From NCBI GenBank assembly GCA_964016885.1, contig OZ024742.1, forward strand, positions 86,862,001 to 86,926,000: DNA of 64,000 bases, in the 5' to 3' direction. Made by a program: the position numbers and the translations under genes. Source of the DNA: Eledone cirrhosa. Taxonomy: Eukaryota. This document shows positions 43,700-61,399 of this stretch, one piece after another; position 1 is the first letter of the stretch; each line of letters starts with the position of its first letter. The notes under the pieces are model-generated. The model was not told the origin of the DNA and did not search any database. It saw only the letters and a program-made list of their open reading frames with translations.

Positions 43700-44150
43700 A
43701 TGTATCTCCATCTCACTATTGGGTCTATTTTCTTCCCAATACCCATTCATATCATTGTTCAAAACTAGAATATGTTAGTCAGACTTATTTTATGCTAAAG
43801 ACTTAAATAGCAGTTTAATACGGAAAAATATGCTCTGCCATAAACATCATAATTGTCCGTATTTCTTTCGTCGTACCTAAAACGATTAACGTAAATCCTG
43901 AGCATTGACGATTAACTACTGCAAGGAATATGTTTCCGCACAAACGCCTACCATTCTAGAATCACGCCTCTCCGGCACCACTCTTTCTTTCACATGGAAT
44001 CATGCAACAAGATTCACATATGCAAACTGACTTTTCAAATCCACCTTCCATCATCAGATAGATACATAGCCAGTAAAATAATATACGGATTACCACGAAA
44101 TATTGAAATAAAGTATCCATGGAAGAACACCTCAGTTTAATATACCTGCT
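43700..44150 (-). pseudogene. Possible decayed exon (C-type lectin-like)
   Basis: After a cag acceptor, semi-open frame ...MYLSDDGRWI*...; weak. Confidence 0.2.
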
Positions 44151-44680
44151 ACTCCGGCACTAGGAATAAAAATCTGAACTCATTATAATACCTCAATTCT
44201 TATGACCCTGATTTTGTATTTTTATTTCAGCACAATAGACATGTTTATTTAATATATCTAGTGTTTTCGTTTTAGCATTTTAATGTAATTGATTGTTTGA
44301 GTGACTAACTGATTATTATCTATTATATTATAAATTTCTCTTCTATATACCAGTATTGTTTCTCAGTATTTCAATAATTGGGTTTATTAGTAACTTAGTT
44401 ATTAACAATCTCTCGTACTTTATATAGATCGTGTACTTAATATAATCGGGTACTATTTAATATCGTAACTCATAATTGTCAATATTTAATGTTTAAGTTT
44501 GAATCCCAATTTCGAAACTTGCTTTATACGTCTTCCCATTTATTTCTAAGAATTCAATAGTTACTGTTTCATCGGGTGATGGTGGCACTCTGTAGATGAT
44601 TCTTCCCTTCCATAACGCATGTCTAAGTTTGCGAATATGTATATTTAGATATCTCTCTCTCTTTCTCTCTCTCACTCTCT

Positions 44681-44722
<42 letters not shown>

Positions 44723-44730
<8 letters not shown>

Positions 44731-44847
44731 GTGAAGTTTTTTTACAAAATGAAAAATAACCGAGGTGTCCTACACAAGTGAAAGTATAAGGAACCAAATA
44801 TATATATCTTTCTTTAAATAAGACTCCAGTTGCATTTTCGATTTAAT

Positions 44848-44850
<3 letters not shown>
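44723..44850. mobile_element. Family A insertion: inverted 3' tail joined to the HHR 3' cleavage product
   Basis: Minus arm 44723-44789; plus arm starts aaggaaccaaata at 44788. Confidence 0.8.
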
Positions 44851-44886
<36 letters not shown>

Positions 44887-45120
44887 AGTATGCATGTATA
44901 CGTACATACATATATGTATACAGACGTACAGTAGCATGCATATATATATATATATATATATACATACATATGCATACAGGTACACATACATATATGCACC
45001 TATAAGTTTAGCGGACGCTTATTATAACGCCGCTTTGTTCGTTTGTAAACAAACTGAACAGCCTGAATTTATGCCATACGGGGGCAACCACGTCACCTTT
45101 TTGTTCAACACTGACACAGG

Positions 45121-45165
45121 AACGATGTACTAGTTTCAAGCTTATTAGCTATCATCAGCACCGTT
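45121..45165 (-). ncRNA. Intact minimal hammerhead
   Basis: aacggtg-CTGATGA-tagct aata agctt-GAAA-CTAG-TA-catcgtt. Confidence 0.9.
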
Positions 45166-45403
45166 TACCCATCTGCCAGATAGTTGAACGTTCGAAAGTA
45201 TATACTTTCCTTATGAAAATTAACGGCTGAGCAGCCTAATTTGCATATTGAGTGAGTTAAATCGGTCAGGCATACCGAAAACGATAAATTGAAATAAAAT
45301 GAAAACGAAATTTCATTTCTCACTCTTAGTATGGCACTTACTTAAATGTAAGTGTGCATGTATACGTACATACATATATGTATACAGACGTACAGTAGCA
45401 TGC

Positions 45404-45467
<64 letters not shown>

Positions 45468-45842
45468 TGCTAGGGAAAGGATCAGGGGTGTATAACACTC
45501 CACTTATCCAGCAGGCAGTATGAGGTTAGCTCAATGTCTGAGGACAGAGCCGTAATATAATAAATAGATAACAAAGAACGCTTATAGCATATGCATATCT
45601 TTACTTGCTAACATTGTTATATATATATATATATGCCTACATATGCATACAGGTACACATACATATATGCACGTATCAGTTTAGCGGGCGCTTATTATAA
45701 CGTTTTAATTTTATTTCAATTTATCGTTTTCGGTATGCCTGACCGATTTAACTCACTCAATATGCAAATTAGGCTGATCAGCCGTTAATTTTCATAAGAA
45801 AAGTATATACTTTCGAACGTTCAACTATCTGGCAGATGGGTA

Positions 45843-45887
45843 AACGGTGCTGATGATAGCTAACAAGCTTGAAACTAGTACATCGTT
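45843..45887 (+). ncRNA. Intact minimal hammerhead
   Basis: aacggtg-CTGATGA-tagct aaca agctt-GAAA-CTAG-TA-catcgtt. Confidence 0.9.
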
Positions 45888-46046
45888 CCTGTGTCAGTGT
45901 TGAACACAAAGGTGACGTGGTTCCCTTAACACCGTATGGCATAACTTCAGGCTGTTCAGTTTGTATACAAACTAACAAAGCGGCGTTATAATAAGCGTCC
46001 GCTAAACTGATACGTGCATATATGTATGTGTACCTGTATGTATCTG

Positions 46047-46154
<108 letters not shown>

Positions 46155-46389
46155 TGCTACTGTACGTCTGTATACATATATGTATGTACGTATACATGCA
46201 AACTTATATTTAAGTAAGTGCCATACTAAGAGTGAGAAATGAAATTTCGTTTTCATTTTATTTCAATTTATCGTTTTCGGTATGCCTGACCGATTTAACT
46301 CACTCAATATGCAAATTAGGCTGCTCACCCGTTAATTTTCATAAGGAAAGTATATACTTTCGAACGTTCAACTATCTGGCATATGGGTA

Positions 46390-46434
46390 AACGGTGCTGA
46401 TGATAGCTAACAAGCTTGAAACTAGTACATCGTT
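46390..46434 (+). ncRNA. Intact minimal hammerhead
   Basis: Identical to 45843-45887. Confidence 0.9.
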
Positions 46435-46597
46435 CCTGTGTCAGTGTTGAACAAAAAGGTGACGTGGTTGCCTTAACACCGTATGGCAAAAATTCAGGCT
46501 GTTCAGTTTGTTTACAAACGAACAAAGCGGCGTTATAATAAGCGTCCACTAAACTGATACATGCATATATGTATGTGTACCTGTATGCATATGTATG

Positions 46598-46640
<43 letters not shown>

Positions 46641-46754
46641 TGCTACTGTACGTCTGTATACATATATGTATGTACGTATACATGCATACTTACATTTAAG
46701 TAAGTGCCATACTAAGAGTGAGAAATGAAATTTCGTTTTCATTTTATTTCAATT

Positions 46755-46786
<32 letters not shown>

Positions 46787-46807
46787 GTAATAATAATAAT
46801 AATAATA

Positions 46808-46841
<34 letters not shown>

Positions 46842-46871
46842 GAAAGTTATAGAAATTGTTTTAGCGAGAAG

Positions 46872-46924
<53 letters not shown>

Positions 46925-46926
<2 letters not shown>

Positions 46927-47257
46927 CAGTGACTTCTCAATCAGCGCAAAATCAATTGTTAACATTCACATGACCTCTACCGACCAATCAAAATTGCTTT
47001 GACCACAATAATTTTTTCATACATCTGGAGGCACTTTTTTTACATAAAACAGGTAGAATTTCCAAAAATAATCAGATTAGAGCAAACATCACGGGCGCCC
47101 TATGTCAAAATTATTTTTGAAAAGCATTAGAAATGCGCAACCGGTAAAACTAAAAACCAAAACTGAATACTAACCAATACCATTACTAATTTTTACTTAT
47201 TTCTAATTAAACTATTTTTCACTGGGAACAATTTGTCAGCATTTTCTTTTCCTTTTA

Positions 47258-47262
<5 letters not shown>
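46925..47262 (+). mobile_element. TA-flanked repeat with HHR-like motif at 47114-47149
   Basis: ttt-TTGAAAA-gcatt aga aatgc-GCAA-CCGG-TA-aaa; homolog at 13880-14105. Confidence 0.7.
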
Positions 47263-47324
<62 letters not shown>

Positions 47325-47331
47325 TTATATA

Positions 47332-47438
<107 letters not shown>

Positions 47439-47451
47439 ATATATATTTATA

Positions 47452-47504
<53 letters not shown>

Positions 47505-47509
<5 letters not shown>

Positions 47510-48135
47510 GAAACACACAGATACATGCGGACACACACATATATACATGAATGCATCCGCACCCAACTGTTTAAGGGTGCCAACTTCACCGATGTTGCTC
47601 AATGAATGACTGGGACAGACCAATTCAGTTTGAACTAGACTGAACCAGTATCAGAGTTAAAAATACATTATGAAGAGAGAAGAAACATTTAGATATAATT
47701 AGTAATAAAATGTATCATACCTAAACTGTTCCTAAATTCCTCGACTACGTAGTTTCGTGGCATAAACAAAAACAATATATCAAAGATATAGAGTCCTTGC
47801 GAGGTCTGCCGACTTATCAAGAGGATACCTCATTTTACTAGTCTCAAGAACGCGTCTACACGACGTGAGAAAGAATCCCAAAAGGCGGAGGGGGAGATAG
47901 TCACGCGATATAACGGTCGAGAAACAGAGCTAAGCCTCTTATAACCACGAAGAAAATACCACGGAGGCGGAGGGGGTATTCATATCGAGGCCGTAGAAGA
48001 GGTAGTGAAGAAGGCGAGAAGTATGAGTAATGGAAGCTGTCCTGTTGTCCCCACACTTCAAAGATTGCTCGACCAGAGGGAGTTATTAATATATTTAGAA
48101 ACACACAGATACATGCGGACACACACAATATATAT
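47505..48135 (-). mobile_element. Terminally redundant non-coding HHR element (period 588)
   Basis: tttagaaacacacagatacatgcggacacacaca at both ends; embedded in long (TA)n. Confidence 0.8.
47738..47825 (-). ncRNA. Hammerhead with U3-A8 core and 10-nt palindromic stem III
   Basis: tcctc-TTGATAA-gtcggca...tgccac-GAAA-CTACGTAG-TC-gagga. Confidence 0.82.
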
Positions 48136-48156
48136 ATGTATATGTATATATATATT

Positions 48157-48191
<35 letters not shown>

Positions 48192-48317
48192 ATATATATA
48201 TGTATAAATATATATATATATATTTAGAAAGATTTGAATGGATACAGTTTAGTTGAAAGGAATTTATTGACACGTGTTTCTATAACAGTTACATAACCTA
48301 AAACAGCTATCTACAAA

Positions 48318-48368
<51 letters not shown>

Positions 48369-48391
48369 ATTTATATATATATATATATATG

Positions 48392-48500
<109 letters not shown>

Positions 48501-48516
48501 ATATATATATGTATAA

Positions 48517-48548
<32 letters not shown>

Positions 48549-49177
48549 ATTTATATATATATATATATATATGAAACGAGTCAGGGCCCCGGGTGTGGAA
48601 ATGGCCGCTGCTCAGCCGTCGGTGTCCTGACTCTTTTCATATTACTCACTCTACTATCCATAGTATCGAGTGCTCATGTGCGTTATGGTCCACCTGGCAT
48701 AATCTTAGCCCACCTTTTTTCTTTGTGATATATATAGTGGTAAAACACAGGGGCTCTGCTCTACTTCTACCGAAGTAGAGCACTCAGCCAATTTGACGGC
48801 TTTGGTATAACATTTGTAATTCGACTAATTTTCAAACCATCGACGAGGACGGGCTTTTCGCCCGACGGATTTTTAACTCGAGTGAGGTTATATAGGTATA
48901 TCCATATCGAAGTAGTTCAAATATCGGTGCACGTTAAAATTAAAACGTAAAAACAGTGCTCGATATGTTGTGAGAGCTGATGAATTATTAATATAAAACA
49001 ATATATGAATTTAGCTGGACGGGATATATTATGTATATAGAACCGCATCAGATACCATGGAGGAAATACCATATCTGAATATATCACTATCACTTGATTA
49101 TTTGGATTAATATCCCCCCTCTACTTTCTCACTCCTCTCTTCTCCCACACGCACACTTCCATACCCAATTCAACAAA

Positions 49178-49226
<49 letters not shown>

Positions 49227-49597
49227 CACGTGTGTGTTTTTTGTGTGTGTGTGTATGTATGTGTGTCTGTGCGTGTGTGTAGGTTTTAAAATCAGGCTGT
49301 AATGGCAACAATGATAAGGGCCACTAAGATGTGACGAAGATCTAGATATTTTATGGCAGCCAGCTTCTGATCGGTCGATATAACTTTGGGACCTCCCACG
49401 ACTGATTTATATATATACAGACAGATTTGAAATCGACAAAAGTTATATACATTATGAAAACAATAACATTTAATGGTTATTATTTATTTAATGTTTGATT
49501 TACTGTGAATACGCATTTAGAAGTGAAAATATGTGTATAGTAAATGTACTTTGCAATAGCCTGTTATTGAACCATATTAGGTGCGAGTCTGATTTTT

Positions 49598-49705
49598 AAA
49601 TACTGTGAAATATTAAATAATGTGAAATACTAAAAACATATTAAATACTGTGAAATAGTAAAAAATACTGTGAAATATTAAATACTGTGAAATATTGTAA
49701 ATACA
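49598..49705 (+). repeat. Short minisatellite (aaatactgtgaaatatt)-like, ~5 copies
   Basis: Visible tandem units. Confidence 0.8.
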
Positions 49706-50291
49706 TATACCGCCGCAAATTATATGCTTAAATTTAGTCAAAACGGTCCATTCTATGAACATTAGAGACGTGCTCACTGAAGAAAGATCAATACTTGTGT
49801 AATTTTAGGTCAGTTCCAGTGAATATATATTTGTTATTCCTATAACAATATCATTAAATGTTCAAATTTTTGCTAGTATGTGGATTATGAAATCAATAAT
49901 ATTATAGCGGTTAATAGTCTCTATTAGCGAGCCAGATTTCGTATATCTACATTGACACACACGCACAGAAATACGCATTCACACACATGCACACATGTTT
50001 ACACACACTAATATGTGTATTTATATATAAATAGATAGAGTTAAAGAAATAGTTCAAAGAGAAAGCGAAAGAGTAAGTGAAAGAAAGAGAACACGAAAGA
50101 AAATGGCTGATATATAGATGGCATAATATAACGGGATCATATGAGCAGTTGAACACCAAGTCTATGCGCTATATAAACGTATTTATTATTATTATTGCGT
50201 TTATATATATATATATCCGGGTGCTTCCAACAGTAATGGTTGCATTCTTTAAGGGTATGTCAATATTTATTTATAAAACTGCTCTATATTA

Positions 50292-50356
50292 TATTTTATC
50301 TGATGAAAGCACGCCATAATTTAACTTGGTGTCCTTGAAATATGTATAATGAAATA
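50292..50356 (+). ncRNA. Minimal hammerhead in a ~180 bp TA-flanked insert (50215-50397)
   Basis: tattttat-CTGATGA-aagcacgcca..tggtgtcctt-GAAA-tatgta-TA-atgaaata. Confidence 0.8.
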
Positions 50357-50396
50357 AATATGGTTTTATAAATATTATTTCCATTTGTTAATATCG

Positions 50397-50427
<31 letters not shown>

Positions 50428-50429
<2 letters not shown>

Positions 50430-50733
50430 AAAGTTTTAATATAGATGAGATTCTACAGGACTAGAACTGTTTCATTGTTTAGAGATTATCAGGAATCTGG
50501 CTGTACAAAATAAATTTTGTGGTATGTATATCTTTTCAGGTGGTAGGAGAGGGTAGGGAGTGGGATGGGTGGTGCTCATTGGTTAAAAAAAAACGTAATT
50601 CATTAAAGGCTAATTCTTTAAGGCAATAATTTATATTGACAGTGACAAAGGCCAAGAGAATTCTATAAACAAGTTCAAATATTGGGTGCCAATCATTATC
50701 GTCGAGTCCTCTTAAGTTAAATTTCAGGTGTCA
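50428..50733 (-). mobile_element. ~305 bp HHR repeat (inverted partner 58655-58968)
   Basis: HHR at 50448-50498: agattc-CTGATAA-..-GAAA-CAG..CTG-TA-gaatct (G8A). Confidence 0.75.
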
Positions 50734-50741
50734 ACATACAC

Positions 50742-50821
<80 letters not shown>

Positions 50822-50904
50822 AAAAAATATATATATATATATTTATATATATACACATATATATACACATATACACACATATACAAATATATACATATAT
50901 ACAC

Positions 50905-50993
<89 letters not shown>

Positions 50994-51019
50994 TACATAT
51001 ATATATATATATATATATG

Positions 51020-52358
51020 AAAACCATGACCGCAGGAAGGCACTTTGCTCTAGCTCCCTCTAATATCCACCTCAGCATCAGGATGTGACTGGTGGTTGAT
51101 CTACCATCTCTGAAGCCGTTCTGGTTGTCCCTGAGCTTCTTCTCCATCTCAGGCTGGATCCTGTTAAGAATCATCCTGTTGAGGTTCTTTGCCACAAGTG
51201 ACGTCAGTGAGATCCCCCGGTAGTTGTTGGTGTTAGAGAGATCTCCCTTCTTTGGCATTGGGACGATGTTACTGATCCTCCACTGATTCGGGGCAACTCC
51301 TTTCTCCAGTGCCCCGTTACAGAACCCCAGGATGATATCATCAAAATCACACCTCTTCATCACCTCTGATGCCACTCCATCTTGACTTTACGAAGGCCTT
51401 TGATTCTGTGGACCGCTACTGCCTGATGAAGATCTTACAGGCTTATGGAATCCCCAAGAAGATAGTTGTCCTGATATCACTGCTCTACACCAACACCAAA
51501 GCCCAAGTCATTACACCTGTCGGGATGACAGAGTTCTTTGAGATACTGGCTGGAGTGCTCCAGGGAGATACATTGGCTCCCTACCTTTTTATCATCGTAG
51601 TGGACTATTGTATGCGCCTTGCACTGGAGAAAAAGGTATCGGATGCTGAATTAGCCGACGACATAGTTTTGGTGACAAATACAGTGAAGGATGCAGAGGA
51701 TTTGATGCGGGAGGTTGAGACTGTGTCGATGAGTGTGGGGCTGAGAATGAATGAGACTAAAACAAAATATCTGGTAGAGAAGGTTGAGGACTTCCTGTAT
51801 TTGGGAGCAAATATTGGGAATACGGAGGATGATGTGGTTGATAGGAAGAGCAAGGCCTGGGCGGCGTGCCACAGCTTGAGATCGGTGTGGACATCGGACC
51901 TACGTAGAGACCTGACAATCCGCCTCTTCATTGCTGTAGTGGAGTCTGTGCTGCTGTATCGGTCGGAGACTTGGACACTGACCAAGAAACTCACTCAGAT
52001 GGTGGATGGGTGCTACACGAGAATGCTGAGGATGGCTCTGAACATTAATCAGTATACACTGAGGATGAAAAACTCAGAGCTGTATGGGAGCATCCCAAAA
52101 GTCAGCTCAAAAGTGACACATAGGAGACTGAGGTTAGCTGGACATGCTCACCGACATCCAGAGTTGACATTGCACTCAGTACTCATTTGGGAGCCCCTAC
52201 ATGGACACACTAGAATAGGAAGACCAAGGTTAACGTATGTTGATGCCCTAAGGACAGACACTGGTCTGTTGAAGATGCAGGACATGGCAGCGATAATGAG
52301 GGACATAGACCGCTGGAGAGAACTCGTCCATGGATCTCGGGAATTTTACCCGCCTTAG
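51020..52358 (+). mobile_element. RTE-like LINE with 5' inversion (twin priming)
   Basis: 51020-51375 minus: [24 protein letters not shown]. 51378-52358 plus: [36 protein letters not shown]. Confidence 0.93.
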
Positions 52359-52397
<39 letters not shown>

Positions 52398-52477
52398 AAT
52401 GTACATATATACAAACATATATCTACAGATATACACATATATACACATATACATAGATACATAAATACACATACACA

Positions 52478-52531
<54 letters not shown>

Positions 52532-52535
52532 TACT

Positions 52536-55990
<3,455 letters not shown>

Positions 55991-56226
55991 TCCAACGTAA
56001 TTTTGTAAATTATTTTTCTATTTCTGACAAGCATTTAATCATATTTACCTTATTACTTGTGACATAGTCGACCGTAGTGTTGCCGTATATATTTCTGTTG
56101 ATAGAGATAAAGAATCTTGGTAAACAAATTCAGAAACGAAATACATATATATATACATATACACACATATTTTTACACATATGATGGCTGTCCCCTCGTT
56201 ATCGAGTATGGCCATTGCACGAGGAG

Positions 56227-56257
<31 letters not shown>

Positions 56258-56259
56258 GA

Positions 56260-56340
<81 letters not shown>

Positions 56341-56502
56341 CATACACATATGCACGCACACACACACCCACACACATATACACACACACATACATTAATA
56401 ACAATAATAATAATAATCCTAACAACCATAATAATAACGACAACAACAATAATAATATACATATACATATATATATATACATACACACGCACACACATAA
56501 GC

Positions 56503-56534
<32 letters not shown>

Positions 56535-56546
56535 CCACGATAGCAA

Positions 56547-57760
56547 CTAACAGTGCTGCGATCGAATGTGGCTTTTTAGCCCAGCCAATGAACTAAAATG
56601 TCTTGCACAGAGTCGGCAACCAAAACATTCACTGGAAATAGTCGGCTGTGGTTGGAGTTCGTGTATTTTTGCATGTCGCTTGAGCCCTCCTGCTGATTTA
56701 CATTCTCGACCACATGTTTGGCAAGCATGATGAGTAGCATCTCCAACAGCAGCCTGGTAGTCAACCACTGGACTTACTTTATGACTGCGAAGATGACTTT
56801 CGAGTCCAGCTTTGCTTAGGCAGAGTCTCGCATATACGCTGCATGTCAGCACCATAGGAGGACCCTCGCCGTCTGGAAGTGCAACAGCAATGCCCTTCCT
56901 CACATCCGGCCTTACTTTCTCGTATGCGATTCGAGATGCCTCAAAGGCAACTTTTCCCTCATATACAGTCTTTCTCCATTTATTACGATCAGCAGCAATA
57001 TTCTCCCATGTATCAGCAGAGATGTTAGCGTCTTTCAGAGAGGCTTTCAAGGAATCCTTATACCTCTTTTTTGGTTTATGTGGCGGTCGTTTTCCTTTAA
57101 CCAACTCTCCATAAAAGAGTTGTTTTGGTATTCTAGAATCCTTCATGCTGACAAGGTGACCACTCCAACGGAGTCGTTGCTTAAGCACAAGAACTTCTAT
57201 ACTGTCACACATAGAGCTTTCCAAAATCTCGACATCACTGATGTGGTCCCTCCAGTGAACGCCATGGATCCGTCTAAGACACATCTGATGGAAACGCTCC
57301 AATTGCTTAAGGTGGTGTCGATATGTGACCCAGGTCTCGCAGGCATAAAGAAGACAAGAGAGCACACATGCCCTGTACACCGTTACCTTTGTCCTCCTGC
57401 ATATATCTCGCCGAACCCAGAGTCGCCTTTCTAGCTTTCCGAAAGCATCACTTGCTTTCCTAATCCTAAGTGAGATTTCACTGTCAAGGTTGCTGTATCG
57501 ATTGACAGTGCTTCCCAGGTAGACAAAGTGATCAACCACTCCAAGTCGTTTGCCATACACATAGATGTTTGGTTCAGTGTACTGCTTACCAGGGGCAGGT
57601 TGGTACATGACGACGGTTTTCTTGAGACTGACAGTCAGACCTAGGGCAGTGCAAGCGTCAGAAAAAGTATTCAAATTGTGCTGCATATCACTCTCTGTGT
57701 GCGCTACAAGATCGCAATCATCTGCATACAAGATGTCTCTTATGATTGATGTAAATATAT
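56547..57760 (-). mobile_element. 5'-truncated RTE (BovB-like) LINE with an open ORF2 C-terminus carrying three C2H2-like fingers
   Basis: YADD, FVYLGS, LLYACETW, RLRWSGH, QLFYGEL; CxxC..HxxxH x3 (first degenerate). Confidence 0.93.
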
Positions 57761-57954
57761 TTCAGTTCATTCTGAAGCTGTTGTTGCTGTAAACATTAGT
57801 GCCGGTGTTGTTGTTGTAGATGTTGGGGTTGAAATCTGGTCGTTTGACTGACTGATGTATATACACACATACACATACATATATATATATACACACATTC
57901 AACAGAGAGTAGAGAGTTTGACAACAGGTCGATGACTTTAGTCTAGATAGGGTA

Positions 57955-58359
57955 ATGACATGTGATGGTGGGGAGAGAGTGTAGACGTTATTGTGGTGGC
58001 GGGGGACAGTGAGATGTATCTAGTTCATTTGACCGTTTTCTTCTCTTTGCAAAATTTGAATTTTAGCCATGTTATATTGAGATGTAAGTTAACGTAAAAT
58101 GTAAAATATAAATAAGGATTGCTTTGCTAAAATATACTATATATTTGTGTAACTTCCACAAACTTCTGCCGAGACATTCCCGAGTCCAGTGACCAACAAA
58201 TTGTTGTATTTTGATGTTTCAGAATACAAAAATTAATTAAAAACTTACCCCACGAAAAGACAGCGTGTGTTGTCCTATCTATAAGGTCCCTCATACATGA
58301 CATGTGATGGTGGGGAGAGAGCGTAGACGTGATAGTGGCGGCGGGGGACAGTGAGATGT

Positions 58360-58360
<1 letters not shown>
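57955..58360. repeat. Element with ~65 bp terminal direct repeats (period 342)
   Basis: atgacatgtgatggtggggagagag...gggggacagtgagatgtat at 57955 and 58297. Confidence 0.8.
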
Positions 58361-58436
<76 letters not shown>

Positions 58437-58519
58437 CATATACACATACACATATATATATATACACACATATATACATACATGTATATATATATATACA
58501 CATATATATATATATATAA

Positions 58520-58578
<59 letters not shown>

Positions 58579-58654
58579 TATATACACATATACATATACA
58601 TATATACACACATACACATACACATATACATACATATATATAACCATCTTATAG

Positions 58655-59152
<498 letters not shown>

Positions 59153-59162
59153 TATATATATA

Positions 59163-59213
<51 letters not shown>

Positions 59214-59700
59214 GTGAGGTAAACAATTTTTAATCGTTATTGTGTTTTTGTTTTGATATGCACTCTTTTTCCTGTTACTAATTTTGTCTCTCACTCTTTT
59301 AAGTTGTGAATTAGCTGACACATTTCAGCTCGTGGCTGACACATTTCAGCTCGCTACTATTTTGTTATATAATGGATGATCGCATTTAATGTACGTTAAA
59401 GGTTCTTGGCACTAACATTGTTACCATCGCTTTCCTCTAGCCATGGAGCCTAGAGACATGAACCGAATGCTACCATTCTATTTTATATCAATGTGAACTG
59501 CTATTTCTAATAGTCATCTTTTCACCTGTTGGCTAAAAAATTCTGACACGTAAAATTTGTAAATCAGTGGCTAGTTGAGAGATAGAGTCCTATCGGTTGC
59601 CAGTTAATCGCTTTACCGTATCGGTTGTCATAAACAGTCATGACCGGCGCTGGCCGGTGTTCGGATTATGTCGATCGATTTGTTATTGATTAGGCGATAC

Positions 59701-59808
59701 CCGCTGATGAAGCAGCATACGCCTATTGTGCATTGTTGCATACTATATGCAGACTAATGGTGCAGTGCACCTTACTGCTGCATTAGTGCTGCAGAAATTC
59801 GAGTCCGG
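59701..59808 (+). ncRNA. Hammerhead with ~83-nt stem II domain
   Basis: ccg-CTGATGA-agcagca...tgctgca-GAAA-TTCGAG-TC-cgg. Confidence 0.75.
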
Positions 59809-59963
59809 AAACCATATAGGCACACGATTTCCGTGTGTTGTGTTGGGTCAAATAACTATGAGTGTACTCTGGTAATGAATCTTACATTGCCCATTGAGTG
59901 CGCTGAGATACAACCGGTACTGGCATTGATAAATAAGGTGGGTCTTCCGTCAAACCTTACTAT

Positions 59964-60845
<882 letters not shown>

Positions 60846-61105
60846 ATATATATATATATATAGACCGTTCAAGAAAACCAAGACAAACACGGCGATGCAA
60901 AATACAAATATTATTAAGTTCCTGCTTGTGCATAAATATATGGGAAACTGAAGCGATAAACGTCAACCTTTAGGACATATCTAGATTTCCGAACTGATGT
61001 TTGTGACTCAGAGAATCTGAATTGACTTTGTGTAGATAAGAACGCATAGTAGAAGATGTAGCTTTTACATATTGAAAGGAACGACGCTCAGTTTATCACA
61101 TTCAA

Positions 61106-61184
<79 letters not shown>

Positions 61185-61316
61185 AAATTAAATTAAGGGT
61201 GTCATGTCCGAGACATGCGCCATATCACGGGTAGAATAAGCCCAATGATTCCAAATTATCCCCTGTGATTGTTTCATGTGATTATTTTAGATACAGATAT
61301 GTCAATCAATTTCTAG

Positions 61317-61365
<49 letters not shown>

Positions 61366-61399
61366 CATAAATTGAAATTTTTGAAGACCTAAACAATGC

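Noticed and set aside
48750-48870. Hairpins tgctctacttc/gaagtagagca and cgggc/gcccg
   Set aside because: Isolated, single-copy in the window, with no ribozyme core assignable.
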